Virus record (IMG/VR): IMGVR_UViG_3300014050_000030
Span: 1-54,217 of that record
DNA length: 54,217 nt
Reading direction: 5' to 3' (one strand)
Source: a virus
Lineage: Duplodnaviria > Caudoviricetes
Shown in pieces: positions 16,304 through 24,423 of the stretch. Position 1 is the first letter of the stretch. Each line of letters begins with the position of its first letter. The position numbers were made by a program, and so were the translations under genes. The notes below the pieces were generated by a model, which did not search any database, was not told the origin of the DNA, and saw only the letters and a list, made by a program, of their open reading frames with translations.

Positions 16304-16536
16304 TATCCAACCATCCTATTCTTAAATATTTTTCTCGCCTTTTTTCTGCTGCACCTTGGGCAGATGTCAGTCATCAACGTCGAGGGCGGGTCCATCTTCA
16401 ACCCGCACTCAATGCAAGGCTTGCTACCATTATAGTAGGTTTCGGCTAACATTTTCTGGGTATCTAAAGACACATCCATAGCACCGGCCATGCCATCGCC
16501 GGTGCCGTCCGTGAACATACCGGGGTCAATACTCAT
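16303..16536 (-). CDS. Small Zn-finger protein (CxxC...CxxC)
   Basis: CIECG...CPRC; TAATG coupling. Confidence 0.7.
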   Translation of the reverse strand: MSIDPGMFTDGTGDGMAGAMDVSLDTQKMLAETYYNGSKPCIECGLKMDPPSTLMTDICPRCSRKKARKIFKNRMVG

Positions 16537-16889
16537 TAAACACCCCAACCTAAGCTGTTACGACTGGTGGACTCTTGTGTGTTCGGCTGCTGAGCATAAT
16601 CTGTGCGCTCGTAGGTCCGATGTCCGTATTCAATAATATCATAAATATCAATTTGCCCCTGCGGATAACCGTATCTTTGAGGGAACAATTCAACCTGAGG
16701 CAACGCAGGTCTTACAAACTCTTGAATCTCTTCGCTTGTCATAGTCAGCGATTGCAGGCTTTGAGTAAGCATCTGCTCTTGGCGGTTTGAGAAAGGGCCT
16801 ATGTAAGACTGAGGGGCTTCAGCAGCCTCTATAGGAGCAATCCACGGGGGTGCCTCCGCGTAACCTGACTCAAAGGGGTCTTGAGCCAT
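16536..16889 (-). CDS. Hypothetical protein
   Basis: Coupled ORF. Confidence 0.7.
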   Translation of the reverse strand: MAQDPFESGYAEAPPWIAPIEAAEAPQSYIGPFSNRQEQMLTQSLQSLTMTSEEIQEFVRPALPQVELFPQRYGYPQGQIDIYDIIEYGHRTYERTDYAQQPNTQESTSRNSLGWGV

Positions 16890-16890
16890 A

Positions 16891-17430
16891 TCAGGTCCAC
16901 GCTGGTCTCAAGCGGCCAAGCTGGGCCGCACGGCGTTGGTCAATCTCGCCCGGGGAGGTGCTGACCATATTTGCCTTGCCATCATTCGGTAGGTGTGGAG
17001 GCGGCACCATGTCGAAGTCGGGGGTATTCCTTGGCACCATCCATACATTGCCGTCAAGGACTGCCTGTGCTTGTCGTAGCAACCCTCTTTCAGGGCGCAA
17101 AAAATCCGGGTAAAAATAATCTGCGGGGTCAATGCGCTCGCCACGGTGAACTCCGCGTTGGTACGACCGTTGGCCTAAACGGATGCGAAGGCTGTCAAGC
17201 ATCCGTTCTGAGGTGCTATTAGGGCGGCCTTTGTCGTCACGGCGCGACCTGATAGTGCCTAAATAACCGCTGGGGTATTCGGCACTGGGCTCTCTACCAA
17301 TGCCCATACGCAACGAATCAAGCTCGGAGCGTGCGACAGCAACACCACCACCTCCATAGGTAGTGGCGGTGTCGTACATTCCACCGGCACCCAGATACTG
17401 GATATTTTGGTGGGGACTGCCTCCGGCCAT
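16891..17430 (-). CDS. Hypothetical protein (possibly virion-associated)
   Basis: AEYP.GYLGTI.SRR.D, YQRGVH.GERID. Confidence 0.75.
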   Translation of the reverse strand: MAGGSPHQNIQYLGAGGMYDTATTYGGGGVAVARSELDSLRMGIGREPSAEYPSGYLGTIRSRRDDKGRPNSTSERMLDSLRIRLGQRSYQRGVHRGERIDPADYFYPDFLRPERGLLRQAQAVLDGNVWMVPRNTPDFDMVPPPHLPNDGKANMVSTSPGEIDQRRAAQLGRLRPAWT

Positions 17431-17458
17431 ATCTATAGTTTACATGATATTTGCGGAT

Positions 17459-18658
17459 TTAGCGGTTGGTAGTTATGACACTAATGTCTTTTCTAGGGTC
17501 ATAATTCTCCCCAATTGTCAAGGTCAGTAACCCGGGCTTTGACTCAAGACCTTTGCGGTCACGGAACCAATCCGACCCTGCATCGGTGGTAGGAGCTTGA
17601 ATCCAGAAGCGCTCACCAATGTCTTTGGCTTGAAAATGATGGTAATGCCCTGAAAGCCATAGGTCTGCCATACCCAAAGCTGTCTGCCCAGTGGCCTGCC
17701 CGCTGATGTATTTTGTCACATCACCTGTGAATTGGTGCCCGTGGAACAAACCAAGCACAGTCCCGCAGACCTCCACGGCAAGCGTTTGATGCCCCTTTTG
17801 CGGGTAACGGAACTTGACATGTGACAATGAATCGTTTTCAGCGCAAATATCTTGCACTGCGCTGGCAATCTCGACATTCCAACCATCAGAAGGGTCTGTT
17901 GCTACCTGGCGTGTAACCTCGTCATGGTTCCCATTCACAACGGCAATAATCAACTCATCACACAAAGGCGCAAAAGCTTTGATTTGCTGCAACAACAGTC
18001 GTCTCGCAACTCGCACCTGTTCAGTCTGTCCTAAATCAGCGGCTGCCTGACTTTGCAGTTTTCCATTTTGGCTAGTGTTTCCTTCAATGTGGTCGCCCAA
18101 CATTGCAAACACTACAGTGCCCAGACTTCTACCAACCTTGCGAAGTTCTTTTAACCGCTGCAGCGCCTCGTCTGTGAGGAACAACAGGCGCTCCACCGCT
18201 TCTCCTGTTCCTCCGGAAGCGGCTTTCTTACCTAACTGCTGGTCGCTTAAAGCTACGACAAATGCGCCCTCTCCTGATGTTTTCTGCGACGGTTTGGAAG
18301 GCTTCCATTTTGAAATATCTTTAATTAACTGCTCAATGTCGTCTTTGTTTTGGGCAGCGATTGCTGGCACAAAGGTGACTCTGAATGCAGTAAGCATCTC
18401 GCCATCCCAACGTTGCCATTGGGAAAACCTCATACCGGTAACTTGCCATTCATCTGGGTTGAGGTTGTTGTCTTTCAAAATCTGCTCTGCGGGTGGAACA
18501 TCTGAAGCAGTGTAAAGCTTGGTGACAAGGAAGCCCCCCTCGGACGGGTCTATCTCAATTCGAGGGCGCCATTCATCTGTGATTTTCAAATCCCTGTAAT
18601 CAGAGCCGGTTTGACCGGGACTGGCTAATGAAGTCAACTTGTCTGCCAAATCTTTCAT
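17459..18658 (-). CDS. Calcineurin-like metallophosphoesterase
   Basis: SDQQLG, GDHIEG, GNHD, HGH, GHYH motifs. Confidence 0.9.
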   Translation of the reverse strand: MKDLADKLTSLASPGQTGSDYRDLKITDEWRPRIEIDPSEGGFLVTKLYTASDVPPAEQILKDNNLNPDEWQVTGMRFSQWQRWDGEMLTAFRVTFVPAIAAQNKDDIEQLIKDISKWKPSKPSQKTSGEGAFVVALSDQQLGKKAASGGTGEAVERLLFLTDEALQRLKELRKVGRSLGTVVFAMLGDHIEGNTSQNGKLQSQAAADLGQTEQVRVARRLLLQQIKAFAPLCDELIIAVVNGNHDEVTRQVATDPSDGWNVEIASAVQDICAENDSLSHVKFRYPQKGHQTLAVEVCGTVLGLFHGHQFTGDVTKYISGQATGQTALGMADLWLSGHYHHFQAKDIGERFWIQAPTTDAGSDWFRDRKGLESKPGLLTLTIGENYDPRKDISVITTNR

Positions 18659-18659
18659 G

Positions 18660-18917
18660 TCACTTCCTAATCTTGGAGCAAACGCAACGACGTTGGATGT
18701 GGTGTTTAAAGGTGCTTATCCCAAAAGGAACTTCTTCGTTTTTAGTTAAAGCGTCTTCTTTTATGATGTCGTAAAACCGTTGATAATTTGGCAGCCCGTT
18801 TTCAATTGCAATTTTGAAAACTTTGTTAACACGCTCGTCTTGGACCGCAAGCCACCGTGAAACTGCGCATCCCGAGGACGGGGTTTGCACAACCTGCTCT
18901 AGCAATTCCGCAAGCAT
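18660..18917 (-). CDS. Hypothetical protein (C...H...CxC)
   Basis: GGAAGG RBS; directly upstream of phosphoesterase. Confidence 0.65.
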   Translation of the reverse strand: MLAELLEQVVQTPSSGCAVSRWLAVQDERVNKVFKIAIENGLPNYQRFYDIIKEDALTKNEEVPFGISTFKHHIQRRCVCSKIRK

Positions 18918-18962
18918 TCTCGCCACCTTCCAATTGTAGGTTGGTAAAAGGTAGCATAAAGC

Positions 18963-18996
18963 AACGAAGCCCGCCAAATCGATGGCGGGCTCCGTT
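18963..18996 (-). terminator. Putative terminator hairpin
   Basis: AACG.AGCCCGCCA-aatcga-TGGCGGGCT.CGTT downstream of 19007-19336; imperfect U tail. Confidence 0.6.
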
Positions 18997-19006
18997 ACAA
19001 ACGGTG

Positions 19007-19336
19007 TCAGTCTTGGAAGTCGTCCGTGCCCTCTGAGAAAGAAAGGGTGGCAGAGCGAACCGTCTTAGGGTTCAAGATGACTCCGTTAGCCTGTGTGGGG
19101 GCGATGGTCGGGTCAACCGGCGGGTAACCATTGACCTGGACGCCGTAAGACGCGCCTGCACGCTCCTGCACCACCTGGCGGCGGGCAAGATGCGGCATGA
19201 GAGCCGGGTCAGACGCCTGGGTGCTGTGGCGTGGGACAAGGGTGGTGTAGGCGGAAGCAACGCCAGACTGGTTAGTAGTCGGGTTGCCCTTGTACGAGCC
19301 TACGCCCTCGGCGCCGGGGGCAATGTTCTTTGCCAT
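19007..19336 (-). CDS. Hypothetical protein
   Basis: GAGG RBS; followed by hairpin. Confidence 0.7.
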   Translation of the reverse strand: MAKNIAPGAEGVGSYKGNPTTNQSGVASAYTTLVPRHSTQASDPALMPHLARRQVVQERAGASYGVQVNGYPPVDPTIAPTQANGVILNPKTVRSATLSFSEGTDDFQD

Positions 19337-19397
19337 TAAAACCTCACTTTATTAGGGCCTACTTAAAGTAAACCGCATTTTTTTTAATTTGTCAGGC

Positions 19398-19676
19398 TTA
19401 ACTTGATTGAACTGTGAACACGATGGCGCTGATATCGCCGTCATGGCTTTTAATGCTTGCAAAGCCCGGAATGCACTTCAAATCAAGGCCTCTGGGGGCG
19501 GTGTAACCACGCGCAATGGCAATTGCTTTCACGGCTTGGTTTACGGCCCCGGCTCCCACGGCCCTGATTTTGCATTCTTTGTTCTCATAAATGCTGTGGG
19601 CAATGGCAGACGCAACTGACTGGGGGTTACTGCTGGCACTTACCCGCAGGACGTCATCATCTTTTACTTCGGACAT
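19398..19676 (-). CDS. spoVS: Stage V sporulation protein S family
   Basis: LRVSASSNP.SVA.AIA...AVGAGAVNQAVKAIAIARG...IPGF. Confidence 0.92.
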   Translation of the reverse strand: MSEVKDDDVLRVSASSNPQSVASAIAHSIYENKECKIRAVGAGAVNQAVKAIAIARGYTAPRGLDLKCIPGFASIKSHDGDISAIVFTVQSS

Positions 19677-19741
19677 TTTTACCTCGTATGGTAGAAGGAA
19701 TAGCTTTATTAATTCTACCAAAAAACAGGCTTAAAATTGAC

Positions 19742-19936
19742 TTAATCCGAACAGGTTTGGTTGCCTTCATAACCTGGTTTTACCCAAGGGGCAGGGGCGG
19801 TAGCCAGACTCCCGCAGTTGGCGCATTCCATGTCTACAAAATAACTGACCATCTCATAATCCTCAAAAGTGGCCTTTACGTTCCAGACAAAGCACCCACA
19901 TATGCAAACATGGGTAGGCTCGCCGCGCAGGTCCAT
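19742..19936 (-). CDS. Small Zn-ribbon protein (start uncertain)
   Basis: MDLRGEPTHVCICG...MECANCGSLATAP. Confidence 0.65.
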   Translation of the reverse strand: MDLRGEPTHVCICGCFVWNVKATFEDYEMVSYFVDMECANCGSLATAPAPWVKPGYEGNQTCSD

Positions 19937-19988
19937 AGCATTTTCATAAGAGGGTTTTAACTCTGTGATATGCTTGGGGGCAAGCGGA

Positions 19989-20534
19989 TTACGCTCTATA
20001 TTTTTCGTCTCTAAGCTTATCGTAAACTTCTTTTTCGTAGGCCAAGGACCCCGTACCTGAAACCAATTTAGCCAAAGCATAAGAATCTGCCGCATTGTCA
20101 TCTCTAAACTCCACATTCCATTTCTTATAAACATATAGAAGCATCTGATTTTTTTGCACCCCTGTGCCTTTTCCAGTCACATATTTTTTAAGACTGGTTG
20201 GGGGGACAATTAACGGTTTTATACCGAACTCACCGTAAACCGCCAATTTTACAACGCCGCCAAGCTCTCCTAGCATATTTGCCATCTGAGAGCCGAACGC
20301 ATAACCCTCCATGGCAAAATCAGTTATATTTCGGCATAAAAGGGATTCTATATAAAATCTAATAGCTTGAAGGCGCTCTACGCCTTGGCCATCAAATTTT
20401 GCAACCCGAGTTTGGTAAGCACCGTCCTCAGCAAGGATGGTGGTAGCAAACCCAGAGTAAGATTGGTCAATGCCCATATAAACGGGTTTAGTGGGGTCAA
20501 TATCCGCCCCATATGTTTTTTCTGAGTAGCTCAT
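19989..20534 (-). CDS. ruvC: RuvC-like Holliday junction resolvase
   Basis: GIDQS, AMEG, P...KK..TG.G, DDNAADS. Confidence 0.88.
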   Translation of the reverse strand: MSYSEKTYGADIDPTKPVYMGIDQSYSGFATTILAEDGAYQTRVAKFDGQGVERLQAIRFYIESLLCRNITDFAMEGYAFGSQMANMLGELGGVVKLAVYGEFGIKPLIVPPTSLKKYVTGKGTGVQKNQMLLYVYKKWNVEFRDDNAADSYALAKLVSGTGSLAYEKEVYDKLRDEKYRA

Positions 20535-21028
20535 GTGATGAACTTTCTAGACCGCGATTTGTAGGTATCCCCGGCAGTGCGGCGGGTCAGCTCACGGCTT
20601 ACGAGCATAGCGTCGCGCTCGTAATTATCCAGCATTGACTCGATAATCTTTCTGTACGAATACGCCCCTGAATAAGCCTCCGCAGCTTCTACAACTGCAG
20701 GGTCTGCCGCTGCCTGAGCTTTGATTACGGAAACCTTGTCGCCCTTGGCAACGGGAAGGCTGGCGGTTACCTCGGCTTCTACTTGATTCAGGTACCGCTC
20801 ACTTTCACGCTCATCAATTTGAGCCAAGGCAACCTGCGTGGACAAGAAGTCAATGTAAGAAATTAGTTCCGTAAACAGGCGCATCAACTCCTCGTCTTCC
20901 AATTCCGTGATGTCCTCTGGAAGCTTTGGGGTATTCAAGTCGGCTTCGCGTACTACCGTAAGCCCTTGTGCGTGCAACTCTTCCAAGGCTGTTGTGGCGT
21001 GAACGGGCACCTTAAGTTTAATTGTCAT
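20531..21028 (-). CDS. Helical coiled-coil protein (possibly UvsY-like recombination mediator)
   Basis: All-helical pattern; located in recombination module; function inferred. Confidence 0.5.
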   Translation of the reverse strand: MTIKLKVPVHATTALEELHAQGLTVVREADLNTPKLPEDITELEDEELMRLFTELISYIDFLSTQVALAQIDERESERYLNQVEAEVTASLPVAKGDKVSVIKAQAAADPAVVEAAEAYSGAYSYRKIIESMLDNYERDAMLVSRELTRRTAGDTYKSRSRKFIT

Positions 21029-21944
21029 TGTAACCTCGGCATTTCTGGCAGTCGGTCTTTCCGTACTCAGGGACGTTGCAGGGCAACGGGGAGTCGTTAT
21101 TCACGGCTTTTACAATCTTAGCAGCTGCCTCGAACAGCTCGTCAACTCCAAAGTTGCTCTTTGGGATGACAAGCTCTTTTACTTCGTCATTAGGTTTTCC
21201 GTGATAAATAAAAACTGCTTCTTGCGGCTTGTGCTCAATCTTTGGCATATCTTCAATCAAGCGCATATAAATTTGAGCCTGCAGATTATGACTCATAAAC
21301 GGCGTATCTATCTCTGACCACATCTTTGAGAAGTCGCCGTTGTGTTTGTAGAACAGGTCTGGCATTTCGTATCTAAACGACCCCGCACCAACGGTTTTAA
21401 TTTCCAGCAACAAAGGGGCGCCATAACCTACCAAAATGCCATCGCAATGGCCTGAAATTCTGTACTTGTCGTCGCTCTTCAGCGGGACTTCTTGATATTT
21501 TAACTGGCTATCTTGGCAGCTTGGGCATACTTCAAACCCAAGAGTGTTGCTGTAGGGGAAAGAGCACCTAATGCACCGCCAATTTCCGTACAAGGTTCCT
21601 TGTTTGTAGAAAAGGTCTTGCCACATATCGTGCATTCTGTGGCCTGTCTCAAAAATCATCTTGGTTTTGAAAGCATATGTTTTAACAGGGGCAGGGGCTC
21701 CCTTGAGCAAAAAATACGAAGCTCTGTGGCACCAATCGGGCTTGGACATCTCCGATGGGTGCAACACGTCCGTTTTACGCGGACTTTCCGGCGCGGATAG
21801 AACAAAACGCTCTACAGAAGGTAGCACGCGGCGTTTGTCTTTTCCTGCGTTGACAAAGTTTTTGAAGGCCTTGCTTGGCGCCACGCCCTTCTTTTTGTCG
21901 TAATTAAGGACGAAGTCCGAGCCATTGTTCAAGGGTTTTTCCAT
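21018..21944 (-). CDS. Cas4-like PD-(D/E)xK exonuclease
   Basis: HPSE...WC, G...H, GHCDG, LEIKT, Q.Q.Y, C-terminal C..CQKC; internal CxxC...CxxC. Confidence 0.85.
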   Translation of the reverse strand: MEKPLNNGSDFVLNYDKKKGVAPSKAFKNFVNAGKDKRRVLPSVERFVLSAPESPRKTDVLHPSEMSKPDWCHRASYFLLKGAPAPVKTYAFKTKMIFETGHRMHDMWQDLFYKQGTLYGNWRCIRCSFPYSNTLGFEVCPSCQDSQLKYQEVPLKSDDKYRISGHCDGILVGYGAPLLLEIKTVGAGSFRYEMPDLFYKHNGDFSKMWSEIDTPFMSHNLQAQIYMRLIEDMPKIEHKPQEAVFIYHGKPNDEVKELVIPKSNFGVDELFEAAAKIVKAVNNDSPLPCNVPEYGKTDCQKCRGYNDN

Positions 21945-22209
21945 TCTTCTTGGCCTTCCTGACTAGGGCGTTTCTTTCTCTGTTGCTAAGTCCGCCCCAG
22001 ATTCCATAGGCAGTCTCTATATCCACGGCATAGGCTAAGCATTCTTTTCTTACCGGACAAGCGGGCTTGCCGTCTTTCCCAAAACAGATTCCCTTTGCCT
22101 TATCTGCAATCTCTTTGTATTGGTCTTTATCTCGGGGCGGAAAAAACATCTCCACATCCATGCCTTGGCATTTGGCGCGTTCACGCCATCTTTCATCCCG
22201 GCGCATCAT
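21904..22209 (-). CDS. whiB: WhiB-family transcription factor (second copy)
   Basis: W...AKC.G...FFPP...AK.IC-x8-CPV..EC...GIWGG. Confidence 0.92.
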   Translation of the reverse strand: MMRRDERWRERAKCQGMDVEMFFPPRDKDQYKEIADKAKGICFGKDGKPACPVRKECLAYAVDIETAYGIWGGLSNRERNALVRKAKKNGKTLEQWLGLRP

Positions 22210-22523
22210 TCTCCCTGCAATTCGTATCGAATTTCCAAGAAGTCATCCTCCGTTAAAACAACGTAGTTGTTGTTGTTCAATGAGAACCCCAATACAGGCA
22301 GTCGGCCATCGAGGATTGCCTCTGTGACAATCTTCTCCAGCACATCCGACTTCATTGTAAATGATTTTTTACCAGTCCATTTGTGCTCTATAAGCAAATC
22401 CGCAGACCTGACGTCGCCTTTGCGGCTCCAAAAGGCTCCTGAAGCAGCATTGACTTTTCCGTCAACCAACTTGGCCAGTCTTTTTTCGTGCTTCTTAGAC
22501 TGCTTCTGCCCTTCACTCTTCAT
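22206..22523 (-). CDS. PD-(D/E)xK nuclease, Hjc-like resolvase
   Basis: HE..LAK, SGA, KGDV, IEHK. Confidence 0.7.
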   Translation of the reverse strand: MKSEGQKQSKKHEKRLAKLVDGKVNAASGAFWSRKGDVRSADLLIEHKWTGKKSFTMKSDVLEKIVTEAILDGRLPVLGFSLNNNNYVVLTEDDFLEIRYELQGE

Positions 22524-23571
22524 TGTTGTCCTGTGCTATGCCCTTGGACTCTGATTTAATAACATCAAGAACATCTCGTTCAAGCGCCTCTTTTAAATCC
22601 ACATCCTCGCGAATAGCATTAACAACTGCCTCAGCACCTTGCCATTGCTGACCATCATAACGGTAATAGGCGCCCGCACGGACAATCACCTTATTCAGGA
22701 TGCCTAAGGCAACAATCTCCTTAGCGAAGTCGTAGTCTCCCGCTTTGCAGGAGTCTCCGTCTGCAAAGTAGAAATCAATGTACGCGACTTGACCTGGGGG
22801 CGCGGATTTATTTTTGAGTGTGCGAACTTTGATAGTCTGACCCACACGGCGCTTATCTTGTCCGCTACCCACATCAATCCAATCATCTCGCTTAACCTCA
22901 ACGCGAGTGAAAAAAGCGTAGTTTTTTGCTTCCCCTCCGGGAGTAGTCCTCGGGTCGCCATACATAACACCAATCTTCATGCGGTACTGATTGATTACAA
23001 GCCCGATGAACGGCCTTTCCACGTTGGTGAGGCTTCTTTTGCTTGCCTTACCCACTTTACGGAAAAACTTACCAGTAAGGAGAGCGCCGCGACCAACGGT
23101 TGCTTCATCCATGTCTTTTTCATCTTCCGCACCTGGAACAAGAGCTGGAAGAGAATCGATAACAACGCAATCGACAGCCTTAGATTCCACGAAACTAATA
23201 ACCGCTTCATATGCTTCCTCCATGATGTTAGTGTTGATGACGTAAACGCGGGAAAGGTCAACACCGCACATCTCCGCATATGCGGGAACCCATTGCTCAG
23301 CGGCAACCCATACAGTTGTGAACTCCGGGTCCCGTTCTTGATTGGCGGCGATTGTTTTAAGTGCAACTGCCGTCTTGCCATTACTGGCTTCTCCTAAGAT
23401 TTCATGCCATTGATTAGTAGGCCAACCGCCGCCAAGAACGACATCAAGAGCAAGAGTTCCGCTAGTCGTCCTGCCAACGATGTCATCTCTAATATCAGCT
23501 CCTAGGACAACGGTGTCAGTTCCAAACTTCTTGTTGAGGTCTTTAATAATTTTAATTATTTCAGCGCTCAT
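22513..23571 (-). CDS. recA: RecA recombinase
   Basis: LDVVLGGG.P, GEASNGKT, VIDS, INQ.R.KIGVMYGDP.TTPGG. Confidence 0.95.
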   Translation of the reverse strand: MSAEIIKIIKDLNKKFGTDTVVLGADIRDDIVGRTTSGTLALDVVLGGGWPTNQWHEILGEASNGKTAVALKTIAANQERDPEFTTVWVAAEQWVPAYAEMCGVDLSRVYVINTNIMEEAYEAVISFVESKAVDCVVIDSLPALVPGAEDEKDMDEATVGRGALLTGKFFRKVGKASKRSLTNVERPFIGLVINQYRMKIGVMYGDPRTTPGGEAKNYAFFTRVEVKRDDWIDVGSGQDKRRVGQTIKVRTLKNKSAPPGQVAYIDFYFADGDSCKAGDYDFAKEIVALGILNKVIVRAGAYYRYDGQQWQGAEAVVNAIREDVDLKEALERDVLDVIKSESKGIAQDNNEE

Positions 23572-23954
23572 TACCGAATCCTATCTACAATGACATTCGG
23601 ATTCCAGCCGCCGCCTTCCGCTTGTCTAGCGGGTCTGGCAGGGCCATTTGAAGAAGAAGCTACACCTCCGGCACCGCTTCCTTGCTGGACTACAGGATAA
23701 CCGCAGTCATAGCATTGATAAGAATGCACGACACCGTTAGCGGTTGTTATCGAGCCGACCTTTGTGTAGTTGCCGCTTCTACAGCCTGGGCAAAGCTCAG
23801 CTGGCTGCGCCATGATAGGGGGCGTGGACGCGTTATAGACCTCTTGGTTTCCTTGGGTAAAAGCCTCCGGTCTTGTTTGAGGCTGCACAGGAGGGGTTGA
23901 TAGTGGAACTTGCGGAGTTCCAAGCTTTTGCGCCCACCAATTAGAATTTCCCAT
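23571..23954 (-). CDS. Hypothetical Zn-ribbon protein
   Basis: CPGC.S.NY...CYDCGYP. Confidence 0.7.
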   Translation of the reverse strand: MGNSNWWAQKLGTPQVPLSTPPVQPQTRPEAFTQGNQEVYNASTPPIMAQPAELCPGCRSGNYTKVGSITTANGVVHSYQCYDCGYPVVQQGSGAGGVASSSNGPARPARQAEGGGWNPNVIVDRIR

Positions 23955-24423
23955 TGTCTACCTCCTTGGCAACCACACCGCTGGGAAGAACAACCCCCAA
24001 AGAGAGGGCTGCTGAAAAAGCAGCAATCAAAGCTGACATTGAAACCTGACCAAGTATCTCTCTGGTAGTTTCCAAGACGTCGTCGGCTTCTTCATCGCTA
24101 AGATGCATTTTTGATTTGATGTTCTCATGTTGGAATTCGGTGACGACAATCGAGTTAATCTGAGCAAGTGATTGCAAGAAAGGAAGAATGGGGACAATGA
24201 GGTCGAGGCGTTTTGCGCTTGCCTCTTTCTCCATCTCTTCCACGTCTTCGCTTAACCCGCTCAACCCCAATTGGGCCGCTATCTTGTTAGGATTTGTAAT
24301 ATCCATGTCATAGCAGTACCAACGGAACAAGGTGCTCATGGGGATGACGGGTGATTCCGTTTCAATGGAGAACTCCACGTCTTTAATAACCTCTTTTGAG
24401 CGCTTCCAGAATTTCCAGCTCAT
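23941..24423 (-). CDS. Hypothetical protein
   Basis: ATGA-coupled to polA. Confidence 0.7.
   Translation of the reverse strand: MSWKFWKRSKEVIKDVEFSIETESPVIPMSTLFRWYCYDMDITNPNKIAAQLGLSGLSEDVEEMEKEASAKRLDLIVPILPFLQSLAQINSIVVTEFQHENIKSKMHLSDEEADDVLETTREILGQVSMSALIAAFSAALSLGVVLPSGVVAKEVDNGKF

Noticed and set aside
21018-21944. CRISPR-Cas locus
   Set aside because: A solo Cas4-like nuclease in a recombination module; no cas1/cas2 and no array
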